A stretch of 64,000 nucleotides of DNA, taken from NCBI GenBank assembly GCA_030167865.1, contig JALAGF010006658.1, positions 1 through 64,000 on the forward strand, given 5' to 3'. Numbering within the stretch: position 1 is the stretch's first letter; each line of letters starts with the position of its first letter. The position numbers and the translations under genes were made by a program. Positions 1 through 11,140 of this stretch are shown piece after piece. The DNA comes from Craspedostauros australis (lineage: Eukaryota). A model generated the notes under the pieces. The model saw only the letters and a program-made list of their open reading frames with translations. It had not been told where the DNA came from and did no database searches.

Positions 1-723
1 GGCCTCGCGCACGGAGGGGATGAATGCTCCAAAGATCTTGCGCAGTGGGCTGAGGGACTGAGTGTAGGCGTACTCGCGGTACGCAATCAGGGAGTCGGCC
101 GAGAACTGGTAGTACTCTTCATCGGTGGAGTTGTACTCGAAGCTGGCCTCCATGACGGAGTGGAAGACGAGCTTGGGGAACTCGTGGCCAGGATCGAAGG
201 TCTTGTCGGTATCGGCGAGAGGCTCGAGGACCTCGTCGATGAACTTCTGCGCGTACTTGTTGCAGATGCTGTTCATGCGGCTGATCTCGCTGGATGCGAA
301 GGCTGGCATGACACCCTTACGGAATGGCTTGCATCGTGGATCCTCAAAAGTGCGCGTGATGAGGGAGGGACACCCAACTGCGCCGTCGAACGACTTGTAC
401 AGAGCCCTGGACTTGTCCGTGGTCTTGTCCAAGAAGATCTCGCGCTGCGCTTTGGCATCACCGACGATGTACAGGCCACCTGGCATGGGGATGTTGAGCT
501 TGAAGATAGATGCGCCGGTGGCCTTTGCCGTGTTGAGCAAGAACCATGGCGAATCGCCTCCCATCATGGATGACATGGTCTCGAACATGCCAACCTTTGC
601 ATTCGGAGGGGCATTCTTCGGTTGCGGCTTGTGGACGATGGTGTACAGCGCGAACGTGATAGCTGCGACGAGGACAGCCACGATGATGGAAGTGTCGGAC
701 ATGGAAGAGATGAGGTCGCTCAT
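1..723 (-). CDS. Cytochrome P450, N-terminal part (runs off the window start)
   Basis: Manual translation from ATG 723 is open to base 1: MSDLISSMSDTSIIVAVLVAAITFALYTIV (membrane anchor), HKPQPKNAPP (Pro hinge), IFKLNIP..YIVGDAKAQREIF, then CKPFRKGVMPAF (C-helix 'WxxxRK...PAF'-like). The heme motif lies outside the window. Absent from the ORF track because there is no stop. Confidence 0.75.
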   Translation of the reverse strand, partial: MSDLISSMSDTSIIVAVLVAAITFALYTIVHKPQPKNAPPNAKVGMFETMSSMMGGDSPWFLLNTAKATGASIFKLNIPMPGGLYIVGDAKAQREIFLDKTTDKSRALYKSFDGAVGCPSLITRTFEDPRCKPFRKGVMPAFASSEISRMNSICNKYAQKFIDEVLEPLADTDKTFDPGHEFPKLVFHSVMEASFEYNSTDEEYYQFSADSLIAYREYAYTQSLSPLRKIFGAFIPSVREA

Positions 724-1091
724 GGTGTCTGATGTTGTGGTGATTGTGGTTGTGTGATTTTGTGAGGGGTGGAAATCGTGACAGGAGTATTGATACTCGT
801 GTGCGGGCGGGTGATCGTTGGCTTCGGAATGATTGCGATTGCGGATTATGTCTTGATGAATGGAGCTGGGGATTGATTCCTTTCTCTGTACGCGTATCTA
901 CCCGCAGAAACATGCATGAGATGACGTATTCTCGAAGGTTGTGAATGCGTCAACTCGCCGATGATCATCACGACAGCGGTGCTCCCACCGATCATGATCC
1001 ATCAGGCAACCAAGTCAGCTCGACTCAACGCAACGCAACTCACGTCACTACCAAATCCAAACAGAAGTTAGACAAGGGGGTGCAAATAGGC

Positions 1092-1186
1092 GGAGGAGGA
1101 GGAGGAGGAGGAGGAGGAGGAGACAGAGATGGAGGGAGAGAGTACTGTGGAGGAGACAGAGATGGAGGGAGAGAGTACTGTGGAGG
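1092..1186. repeat. (GGA)n microsatellite followed by a perfect 33-bp tandem duplication
   Basis: ggaggagacagagatggagggagagagtactgt at 1116-1148 and 1149-1181, preceded by a GGA run. Confidence 0.9.
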
Positions 1187-2543
1187 CCTCGAGAGAGCGA
1201 AAGTGACGATGTCGACAGTCTGGTCCATTTTCTGTGATAGCCAATCCTTTCTCGATTTGCTGGTTTGATGGACCATTCGCCTTTTGGAGCAATTTGTCTA
1301 ATTTGACGCACAGAGAAATGTGTAGAAATAGCATAAGTAAATCCGGACAATCGGGATAAATGATGGTGGCAATGGAGCAGAATGATGAGGTTGGATTGGT
1401 TCACTCACTGTGTCAGATGCATATGTGCCTTGTTTCTGTTTAGATTTGTACCTGGTTAATGCAAAAGAGACTATGTCTGATAAATCTCAGCGTTTTCGCG
1501 CAGCTCGCGCGGCATTCACACGTCCACTTGCGCGTGACGCACTGACACAAACGACAATCTCAAAATGACGGTTCGTGTTTGGTTTGAAAGAATCGTCCAT
1601 CGAAGTGCGCGTCATTTGGTGTCCAAGTGTGGCACAGGGAGCGGCGGAATGGATGAATGAGACGCAACAATTGATGAATGCCATAACAACTGCGACGCGC
1701 AAGTGCAATCATGATGGATTCTTTTGTTGCACTGTCGAATTGACTCCATGCGGTGACATGTTCGACATTGCCGACGTTCCCACCACCAACGACGCCGCAC
1801 ATGAATGAGCCTGAGTGATCAGTTGTTCATTCGTCGTCATCTTCTTCTCGTGGCTGCGTGTTGCGGAACTTGTGAAATCGCCCATCTTCCGGTGTTTGTA
1901 ATTGGGTGGTCAGGAGAAGCAGGAGAAGGAGGAGAAGGACGGGGAAGGGGAGGAACACCATGAAGACCAACGACTGCGTGCCGATGTTATCGAACACGGA
2001 CGGGATGGAGTTGACCTGCACTACGCAATCCATTGTCCAGATCGATGCACATCGCAACTGTGGAGCATAGTTGCACCCCTACCAACATCGATCTTCTTTT
2101 CTCAATCAGCTTGAAAATCACGTTGGAAGAGTCGTTGATGGAATCAAACCAATGGACAGGCTGGAGTCGCAAACGTAGCTTTGTGAGAATCTGCCTGTAT
2201 GTTTGGCTGCAGATCTGCTTGTCTGTCTGTTTGAATATGTAGATACTGTAATGACAACGTCTGTCTGTTTGATATGCTCTACTTTCTTCCACGAACCATG
2301 TAGTGTTAGACTATTCTTCTCACAAATTAGGACCAAATATGTGTTACTCCGTGTGAATTACAACCACACTGAACCCGAGTATTCGATTAGCTTCTCAGGA
2401 AATGCAACACAAAACCGATCTGGCGACACGCTTCTCCATCCACGGCCGCATCATCCAAAACTCGTATCAGGGAAGCTGTTGGCATGTGTGCATGTCTCTG
2501 TCTCTCTGCGACGTAGATGGGCAGATGGATGGACGATTGAAAG

Positions 2544-3650
2544 ATGACACTCCCACCACGAACAGCGCTGTCTCGCTGTCTTCTTGCGTTGGCCGCAGCC
2601 GCAGTGTTCATTGCATCAAAGGAATCGAACGCGTTTCCTTTTCAGGCGACGATACCGTGTATGCATCAACATGAGGAATCGTCTACGTATCCGAGATTCA
2701 AGGAGTTTCAAGTACGAAGAGGCGGCCGGCATTCCAATCGACACCGTGTGCTTTCACGCAGTCTGGAACTGGGCCAACCAACGATGACAGTGACCATGAG
2801 GATGGCATCATCGTCGCAAGATCTTCCATCGTTCAGTGCATACGACGATGACGAAGAACGATATGAGCAGCAGTATGAGAATGAGCAACAGCAAGAGGAC
2901 CAACAACACGAGGAGCACCAACGCTCCATGCATTGGGTTCTGTTGGTGGACGACGAAGAGGCCATTCGAAAAGCCGTGGGCCAGCTACTTTACGACTGCG
3001 GGTACCAGGTCACAGCATGCGCTGATGCCTTCACCGCAATGAAAGTCGTCACGAGCCGATCCTCCTCGGATGCGGGCAATGCCAACCACAACCAACTCCC
3101 GGACTGCATCATCAGCGACGTGCGCATGCCGCAAATGGACGGCATTCAATTCTTGCAACAAATCCGGTCGAATCCGCAATTGAATGCCATCCCCGTCGTT
3201 CTGCTGACCGCCAAGAGCATGACGCAGGATCGCATCGCGGGATACGACTACGGTGCCGATGCGTACATCACGAAACCGTTCGATCCAGATGAGCTCATCG
3301 CCATCGTGGACAACGTCATCTATCGCAGAAGTCTGCTGAGCGGATCGGATCTTAACGTGGAAGATCTGCAGTCAGATGTTGCGGAAATGAAGAAGCTGCT
3401 GTTGCAGCAAGGTGGCAGTGGCATCGGGAATGGGTGGGTGGAGCAGACCGACGTCTTCTTGACGGAAAACGAGCAAGCTATATTGGACTACCTGTGCGAG
3501 GGATACAGCAACAAGGAAGTTGCTGGCATGACCTACATCTCCGTGCGGAGGGTGGAGCAACTGTTGACGCAAATGTATCGCAAGACCAAAACCAAAAATC
3601 GAATGGAACTGGTTCGATGGGCGCTGTCGACGGGCAATTCGCAAGCATAG
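2544..3650 (+). CDS. ycf29: Plastid-targeted two-component response regulator, REC + LuxR HTH (Ycf29/Rre1-like)
   Basis: Signal peptide + ESNA-FP; receiver motifs VLLVDDE, IISDVRMPQMDG, LLTAK, GADAYITKPF; LuxR HTH LTENEQAILDYLCEGYSNKEVA...SVRRVEQLLTQMYRKT..KNRMELVRWAL. Confidence 0.85.
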   Translation: MTLPPRTALSRCLLALAAAAVFIASKESNAFPFQATIPCMHQHEESSTYPRFKEFQVRRGGRHSNRHRVLSRSLELGQPTMTVTMRMASSSQDLPSFSAYDDDEERYEQQYENEQQQEDQQHEEHQRSMHWVLLVDDEEAIRKAVGQLLYDCGYQVTACADAFTAMKVVTSRSSSDAGNANHNQLPDCIISDVRMPQMDGIQFLQQIRSNPQLNAIPVVLLTAKSMTQDRIAGYDYGADAYITKPFDPDELIAIVDNVIYRRSLLSGSDLNVEDLQSDVAEMKKLLLQQGGSGIGNGWVEQTDVFLTENEQAILDYLCEGYSNKEVAGMTYISVRRVEQLLTQMYRKTKTKNRMELVRWALSTGNSQA

Positions 3651-4148
3651 CGTATGGAGGAGATCGGGGTCGTTGTGCTGTCCGTGCGGATGGCGCCGCC
3701 GCTTCTTGCGGGAGTAGCTACTGCGATAGTGATCCGGAAGAAGCGACATTGCAGACGCTGCACATGACCCTCCTCCCATTCTCTCGTGACAAACACGTGC
3801 GAGGTTTCAAATAGGCAATCGTATCAACGGCAGATCAATGCAGAGCGCATATATTGCGCAGATCACTCTTACCTCGATGTAGCATGGTGTAATGGCCACT
3901 GCAATGCATTGCGTAGCTGCGGCGTGGCTTTCTGGACGTCGGATGTCGATGAAGGTGGGAACGAAAATGGACGTTATTAATCCGTTAAATGACAGTTTAC
4001 TCAAAACATCCACACGTCACTTTTTTGTGGTTTTGGATCTTTGTTGGCTGCGAGAGCCCTTGGCAGCCACCGGCAACACATCACCTCGTCGACAGCATTC
4101 TGTCATGATCGGCATGCCCATTGACAACCGATCCTCTTCAACAAAACC

Positions 4149-5427
4149 ATGACATTGATGAATGACATCCGGCCATTGACCGTCGTCGCATGGTGCTGCG
4201 TTGCCTCATCGACACATGCATTCGTGAGGAGTTCCTACTTGTTTCAACCAACGTCTTCGGCCAAGACGAGCCTCAACTTGATCCCGTTGGCGTCTGTTGA
4301 CGAATTTGATTCCACCTTCTTCGCATCACCGTTCGACGCACAAGGGAACCTCGTTGACGATGGCAGCGATGACAGCGATCGCAACGATGACGACGCCGAC
4401 GGGAGCAATCTTCAATACACGTTGTCCATTGTCGAAGAACAGGACCTGCCAGATCTCTCGCGGTTCGTCGTCTCATGCTTCGGTGCCGATGCGATACGCT
4501 TGAGCCAGAATATGAATGAGATGGAACGATTCCTGCTATCGCCCGCAACGGATCTTTTGAATGGATACAGCTCCATCGTGGCATTCGCTGAAGTGCTGAG
4601 CGGCATCAAGCAGCGCACATCGCGGCGCATGCGACGTGGCAACGCAATCACCTCGCCGTTGGCAAGTGCCGACTGTTCTGTCGACGACGCTTCGCAAGAT
4701 TCATTGATTCTCGCCGTGGGACGATCGAAAGTGGGCAGCGAATGGCAGACGGATATCATCGCGACGATCGAGCTGCGGTTGCAGGTGAGTGCAGAAAGTG
4801 TGTTGCGTTTTTCTGCGACGAAGTTCAAGTCTCTTGGTTTGGTGATCACGCCCAGATCGATTTGGACCTCACATTCCTGCCATCCTGCTTTCACCTCAAT
4901 TTGCGAATGATCATAATTTGAGTTCATCACATTCGCGCACGAATCGATGATTTCCATCTAAGCCATGCGATGCCAAAATCCCATTCACCTTGCCGTCTCT
5001 GGATCGGCTGGAACGTCGCTTGGCATCGCTCTTGGCAGCTGATGAAGGAAACAATTCCAACAACAGCAACACAGAGAACGCAAGCAGCCTGAAGCCGTAC
5101 CTCAGTAATCTATGCGTCTCCGACGAGTACCGAGGAAAGCGCATAGGAAGGGCGTTGGTGCAATGCGTGGAATACATTGCGTCCGACATTTGGTCGTACG
5201 ATACAATGTACTTGCATGTCGACGAAGACAACGCCCCGGCTCTTGGGTTGTACGTGAGCGAAGGCTACGAAGATGTGGTCGGCAAACGATGGAATCCAGG
5301 TTGGGCCGGCGATGCCGTCGAGATTGGGTACTTCAAGAAGAAGCTGGAGGCTGGTGGGCGCAAGAAAATGATGGGGAGATTGGGGAAAACGGCCTCGAAC
5401 AAGACGCCATGGTGGAAGCTGTCATGA
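4149..5427 (+). CDS. Plastid-targeted GNAT-family acetyltransferase (exons 4149-4784, 4963-5427)
   Basis: Signal + THA-FV; a phase-0 intron GTGAGT..AG joins TIELRLQ to PCDAKIPF; GNAT motifs PYLSNLCVSDEYRGKRIGRAL and MYLHVDEDNAPALGLY. Confidence 0.85.
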
Positions 5428-5839
5428 CAATTGGCGTGAACTCGTGTTGCGGCGAACGAGATGGTTGTCACCCCGTCTGCGATATCTGATGAGAGGCTTA
5501 CTGTCGGCCAATGCATTGGTTATAAAGTTAAAACTGACTATTATACGACCTACTCGGGCAAAGAATGGACGATGACTTCGAACATCCATCTGGTGCGAAC
5601 CATCGCACACTCAAGCTCTGCTACACAAATTGAATCATGAATGAGGATTTCAGTCACGAGCAGTTCCCGCCAAAAACAAACGCGAAATGGACGAATGAAC
5701 GAATGAACTGGCTTGGGCAACAAACGCATCCTCCTGGTGGCCGCGACCGAACCAACGCAGGGTCCCCTGCTCGTCCCCATCACAACACAAGCAGCAGAGC
5801 ACAAGTAACGTAGCACAACCAGAATACGATACAACCAAC

Positions 5840-5877
5840 CACGCACGATCACGCACGATCACGCACGATCGCACGAT
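5840..5877. repeat. 10-bp tandem repeat (cacgcacgat, about 3.5 copies) abutting the CdsA start codon
   Basis: Directly visible in the sequence. Confidence 0.8.
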
Positions 5878-6700
5878 GTCCGACTTCCCACGACGCATCG
5901 CGACCGTATCCATCGGTTTTCCGATCATCTGGCTCATCCTGTCGCACAGCCTCACGGCCTGGCTCTTCTTTGGAGGCAGCCTGGCGATCGCCAGTTGGGA
6001 ATGGTGCGGCTTGGTGCCATGCGATCCTCAATTGCGCGCTGCGTACACCGTGACCTGCCTGCTGCTGGCGGCGGCGTTGCCACAAGAACACTTTCTCATC
6101 GGCTTGTACGTTGCATCGGCGACGTGGTTTGGCTTTGCCAATCAGCCCCATTGCGTGGGTGGCTTGCTGGTGTTGGTCGTGCCATTCCGGGCATGGATGC
6201 AGATGGCGAGCGTTGATTTCGGCAGCACCATCAGCCTTCTGTTGACGGTGTGGAACTGCGACACGGGCGCCCTGTTGGGTGGGCGCTTGGCGAAGAAGCT
6301 GCTGCCAGTACCATCGATGCGGTTGACCGTGCCGCGCAGCATCCAGCGGATATCGCCGGCCAAGTCGATGGAAGGCTTTGGCGGTGGCATACTGCTGGGT
6401 TGGGCGACGGCCGTGTTTGTGATCCCCAAGCTGGCGCCGTACTTTGGGGATACTTCGCAGACCTTCGTTCGCATTTGGATTACGAATACATTCTGGCAAC
6501 GGTCCAAGTTGGGGATCGTGCTGTCGGTGCTCGGTATCTTGGGTGATTTGGTGGAGTCTTCGATCAAGCGCAACTGCGGCGTGAAGGATTCCGGGAAGCT
6601 GCTACCGGGGCATGGCGGTGTGCTGGATCGGTTCGATTCCACGTTACCGGCCGTTATGTTCTACACCGCGATCGTCATGACAGGCAAGGTCGGATGGTAG
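5876..6700 (+). CDS. cdsA: Phosphatidate cytidylyltransferase (CDP-DAG synthase)
   Basis: Multi-TM protein with WNCDTGALLGG, ISPAKSMEG and GDLVESSIKRNCGVKDSGKLLPGHGGVLDRFDS signature motifs. Confidence 0.93.
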   Translation: MSDFPRRIATVSIGFPIIWLILSHSLTAWLFFGGSLAIASWEWCGLVPCDPQLRAAYTVTCLLLAAALPQEHFLIGLYVASATWFGFANQPHCVGGLLVLVVPFRAWMQMASVDFGSTISLLLTVWNCDTGALLGGRLAKKLLPVPSMRLTVPRSIQRISPAKSMEGFGGGILLGWATAVFVIPKLAPYFGDTSQTFVRIWITNTFWQRSKLGIVLSVLGILGDLVESSIKRNCGVKDSGKLLPGHGGVLDRFDSTLPAVMFYTAIVMTGKVGW

Positions 6701-6922
6701 GGACGAGCAACTCGTCCACGTACCATGAAGAATTCCGATAGCTGCGTTGCGTCCGTACGTATAGTGCATAGAGAGTACTTGTATGCTATCAAAACATAGA
6801 CAAGAATAGAGCAAGACAGCACAATCCAGTACAAGTACACGCTAGTGCCATACGCGCAAGAAGCACTCTCTACTCATAGCATCGTTGTATCCCAATTTTG
6901 AATTCTATGCGAATCCGTGTAA

Positions 6923-9553
6923 TTACCCGCTTCGTGACGATTGTGCAATGGATTGGTAGGACGATGGTGCCACTTCGCAGGTCCCTTCCGTGATCAATGG
7001 ACGCCGTTCGGGCGTGGCGCGCCGGCTGTCACCAAATGCTCGGAAGCACAGCACGTTGCGAAAGGGCAGCTCCACCAGTATGGCCGCGATGTAGGCCACC
7101 GCGAAACTCAACGTCGCGATGCTGACGAAGGTCATGGCCAGACTGGAAACTTGAAAGACCAACTTCTCGGCTTTACCCACTTGCCAAATGAGATGGATGA
7201 TGGGATGGATGAGATAGGCGCCGAACGAGAGATGCGCCAACGGGGTCCAGATGCGCCAGCTCAGAATGCCGCCGACCCAGTACCCGTGTCCATCCAAACA
7301 CAGCTTGATGAGCGTCGCGATGCAGAGTGACCACACGGCGCGCGATGTGCCGCTGTAGAGCAACGACAGGAAAGGACTCCACGTGGATCCGCAGGGGTCT
7401 TTGGACGGCCATTCGTAATATTGGCAGGCGCGACGCGCGTAGGCGCCCGTGACGGTGATCAACGACACCGCCGCCAAACCGGCCAAGACGAGGAGCAAGG
7501 TCAGCATCGCATTGCGTTTCGCGTGTGGCGTGCCGTTGGCGAAGATCTTGGATTCCATGAGACCAATCCACATGCCGGCCAAGTAAGCCTGCGCGCGGAT
7601 GTGCGGTTTGGCGTAGCCTTCGATATCGAAGCGCGCGATGGCCGCCCCATCGAAGGTGTTGACGCTCCAACCATTGACGTAGGTGAGGATGACGGTGGCC
7701 GAAACGGAAGATGCAAAGAGTCCTGCGACGATCTTGCGCTGCATGGGTTTGCGGCACAGCAGGAGGATCGGCACGAGCATGATGAAGAGCTGCATGTCGA
7801 CGGCGAGGTACCAGGAATGGCCCAAGCACGCGTCGTCGGATGATTGATCCCACGGAATGAGGTTGTTGATGAAGAGGACGTTGGTCAGCCACATGTGATT
7901 GTGACATGGCTCAAGCAAGCTGTGCCACTGGTACCAGAAGGGCCCGCCCACCGACCCGCAGTGCTTCGCGATGAGTATCCAGAATGCCAGGATGGCCCCA
8001 TACAGCGGAAGGATACGCAAGATGCGCATGAGGGGTATGCAGACGAGGGACGACAGCTTCTTGGCCTGCGCCTCGCGTCCTTGCATCTTGTTTTGGATCG
8101 TGAGGACGACGAGGTATCCGCTGATGCAGAAGAAGGTGTCGACGGCGAATCTTGAGCTGAAGACGAGCTGTCCCATCATCGTCGTCGTGTAGCCATGCGG
8201 AGGGAAGACGTCGGCGGGATTCAGGAAACCCCCTCCGCTGCCGGCTTGGATGGCCAAGCAGTGTCCGTACATGATCCAGAGGATGCTGAAGACCTTGAGG
8301 CCATCCAGACATGCTGTTTCGGGACGCTGTTTGAGGAGCTTGTTTGTGTTGTCGGCGATGTCCCAATGCACGATGATGGACGACAACGATTCCCATGATG
8401 AGGCCAAGGATCTCGCGAGGGATGAGAACATTGGTTTCGCCGACGCTGATGATTGAATTGCATTGCCATTCGTGAGTGCTGGCGTTGTGGGGTATTTGTT
8501 CGTGATGAGGCCCTTGGTTTCCAGTGATGGTGAAAGATCGCTGCTGTCCGTGTCACTCGTTTCATCGATCACATCATCGATGGCATCATCGGCCGTGTCA
8601 TCAGTGGTCGATTGCTGGTGCTTGAGAATATGGGTACTTGATGATGATGATGATTGTGACTGGTGTGACTGCGACTGTTGCGATGACGATTGTTGTTGTT
8701 GTTGTTGTCGCTGCTGCCGTTGCACCCGCACCTGCCGTGACAACAGACAAAAGAGACAGGACACGAGAAGGAAGAGGACGTAGATCGTCGACGGAACGAC
8801 ATCCCACGCAGGAATGTAGGTACCACAGGTCCAACCCGTTCCCAAAAATGAGTTGACCTCGTGAATTTTGGCAAAGATGTGATCGTATTCGTGACAGAAT
8901 TCGCAGGTGTCATCGTTCGTGACGTTGGCCAGCTGGTGCAAGAAGTCGCTGGAGGCCAGGTCGTAGGCCGTGCATTCCTGCACCATGCAGACGGAGGCGA
9001 AGATGACGGACAGCGAGGGAGATGTGCCCGCGATGCAGGTCTGGTAGGGGCATTCCTGCATGTTGCCCAATCCCGGTCCTCCGTACATCCATGGCTGCGC
9101 CCATAGAGACTGAACGCCTGCAGGATGGGAGGAGGATTCCACAACCAACGAAAAGGCGTCGGAGTTGTTGTTGTTCATGAGCTTGGACAGAGAGTCCAGA
9201 CACCTCGGCGATGTGGTGGCAGGCGCACCTCCGTCGTTGAACGCTGCCGTGGACCACAGAGGCAGCGGCGCTGATGGATCGAAGTATGGGTTCGCTCCAA
9301 TGCTGGGGTTGCTGCTGCTCATTGTTGCACTTGTGCTGATGCTTGTGTTCGTGGTGATGTCAGTATTCACGCTGATGCCTGAAGTCAGTCCACGACTGGT
9401 GCGTCCTCTCCGGATGCTCGATCGAAGGAGGTTGCTGTTGCTGTCGCTGTCGCTGTCGCTACCTGCATCTGCTTGTGCATCCGCATTCGTGGCCACTTGC
9501 ATGCTTGTGTTTGGATCGGCGGAGCCAGCATGCGATGAGTTGGACATGGTCAT
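6923..9553 (-). CDS. Acyltransferase family 3 (NRF-6/OACYL-like) multi-pass membrane protein
   Basis: LDGLKVFSILWIMYGH, AVDTFFCISGYLV, RILRILPLY, CLGHSWYLAVDMQLF, LSFGAYLIHP, VELPF; Cys-rich NRF-like N-terminal segment (GLGNMQECP). Confidence 0.88.
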   Translation of the reverse strand: MTMSNSSHAGSADPNTSMQVATNADAQADAGSDSDSDSNSNLLRSSIRRGRTSRGLTSGISVNTDITTNTSISTSATMSSSNPSIGANPYFDPSAPLPLWSTAAFNDGGAPATTSPRCLDSLSKLMNNNNSDAFSLVVESSSHPAGVQSLWAQPWMYGGPGLGNMQECPYQTCIAGTSPSLSVIFASVCMVQECTAYDLASSDFLHQLANVTNDDTCEFCHEYDHIFAKIHEVNSFLGTGWTCGTYIPAWDVVPSTIYVLFLLVSCLFCLLSRQVRVQRQQRQQQQQQSSSQQSQSHQSQSSSSSSTHILKHQQSTTDDTADDAIDDVIDETSDTDSSDLSPSLETKGLITNKYPTTPALTNGNAIQSSASAKPMFSSLARSLASSWESLSSIIVHWDIADNTNKLLKQRPETACLDGLKVFSILWIMYGHCLAIQAGSGGGFLNPADVFPPHGYTTTMMGQLVFSSRFAVDTFFCISGYLVVLTIQNKMQGREAQAKKLSSLVCIPLMRILRILPLYGAILAFWILIAKHCGSVGGPFWYQWHSLLEPCHNHMWLTNVLFINNLIPWDQSSDDACLGHSWYLAVDMQLFIMLVPILLLCRKPMQRKIVAGLFASSVSATVILTYVNGWSVNTFDGAAIARFDIEGYAKPHIRAQAYLAGMWIGLMESKIFANGTPHAKRNAMLTLLLVLAGLAAVSLITVTGAYARRACQYYEWPSKDPCGSTWSPFLSLLYSGTSRAVWSLCIATLIKLCLDGHGYWVGGILSWRIWTPLAHLSFGAYLIHPIIHLIWQVGKAEKLVFQVSSLAMTFVSIATLSFAVAYIAAILVELPFRNVLCFRAFGDSRRATPERRPLITEGTCEVAPSSYQSIAQSSRSG

Positions 9554-11140
9554 GGACTCGGAGGATGTGGTCGGAATGAATGCGAAGATGGAGGTGATGC
9601 AGCAAGGACGTCTCTGACCCAGTGTCCTTTGCCTCAGTTCGTTGCTTCACTCCACTTCACTTCGTCTTGATTGCAATGGTGATTGCAATGGTGATGGTGA
9701 TCGTGAAGTGTTGTCTGTCAGTGAAGTGTGTCAGTGATTGAGCTTTCCTTGATCGTCCCGAGTTCCGTTTCTCCCTGCTCTCTCTCTCTCTCTCTCTCTT
9801 GGTGTGTCTCTATCTAATACACCTGGACTCTCTGCTCAACTCCGTCTGTTCCTCTTGATCCTTGTGGCCTCAATTGATCAACACAGAAACCAGCGAGCCA
9901 AAAGAGCTCTTGTGCATGGATGCAGCACAAAACCAATCACAACAGCGAACCAGGTGCGCATTTGTTCGCGAGTTGCGCGCGAAACGAGAAACTGTTCCGA
10001 CGAGATAACGCACGTCACAAAGGCGAAAACACGTCGACATTGAAGTTGCTACGACGAGAAGCAAGACCATAATTACAAGTGTCTGTGCCAGCGACAAAGT
10101 CACAGTAGCACCTTCGTTGGATGCAATTCGAAACGCTCCGTTGTGCTGCTCTGCTCGTACTCTATTTGGTTTGTCTACCAAACGCTATGGCGTGAACGAA
10201 GCACCACTATCTTGCATTAGCAATAGCTTGCTTCTTTCTATGCGTGCGGTCGCTGTTGTAGTATAAAACATGTATTGGTAGTCTTTTGTCTTTAGTCATT
10301 CTGCTTCGTATTGGTATCAACACTCATGGACTCTTCACTTGCAAAGGACACAGACCCAATCTTCTTGGTTTGCTCTTGCCCAAGGAGGACACCACCATTG
10401 CCACTCTTGTCATTGTCATTGTCGTTGAGTACTTGTGCGACTAAAGCAGTGGGTGCAACCCTCCTCGCCATCGCACACCACAATCGTACATGCCACACTA
10501 AACCAAGTGAGAAGCTTGCGATACTCTCTATCTCAGCATACTCTGTGCAATAGGAATAGCTAAATGTGTGAACCCAACAATGGGAACGCCATTTGGCTTC
10601 ACTTTCACATTCACTTATGATTGGCAGAATCGGTGAGAAAGATGCATCAGAACCAACAGAGGCCCTCCTTGATGGATGTCGAGACAAAGGTCACAGCATC
10701 TCCGCATGTCGATGAAGCTCTTGAGAAAGTTGATGCTCCTGTGGCACGAAGTGATGCGGTGATACTCCCACAATGAGAACTCGATATCTAGTCTCATATG
10801 TAGACTTGCGTCTCCTTTATTGAATCCTGCATGACGTCGTCACACATGATTCCCACGAACGAAGACGAAGATACGAACAAAAACACGACACAACCGACAC
10901 AACGACCAACCACAACAAACGGAATCCTCTGCGTGCGACCTTCCTCGTGACAAGCAACGCAACACACACCCGCGAACACAAACACAAACACGAGGACAAC
11001 TGAACAAGAAAAGGCAAAAGAGATCCTCTGTCATTTGATCCCATTGTTGTTGCTCGAAAGATTGCCCACAATCTTTCCTCCCCCCTCTTTCGATTCTGCT
11101 GCCGCGCAACACAAGAGACAACACAAGAGACAACGCCGCC

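Noticed and set aside
125..757. Plus-strand ORFs of 210 and 137 aa
   Set aside because: Antisense shadows of the minus-strand P450.
1900..2260. Possible decayed ankyrin-like fragment (LHYAI...DGIKPMD)
   Set aside because: The motifs are short, lie in different frames and are interrupted by stops; too weak without a search.
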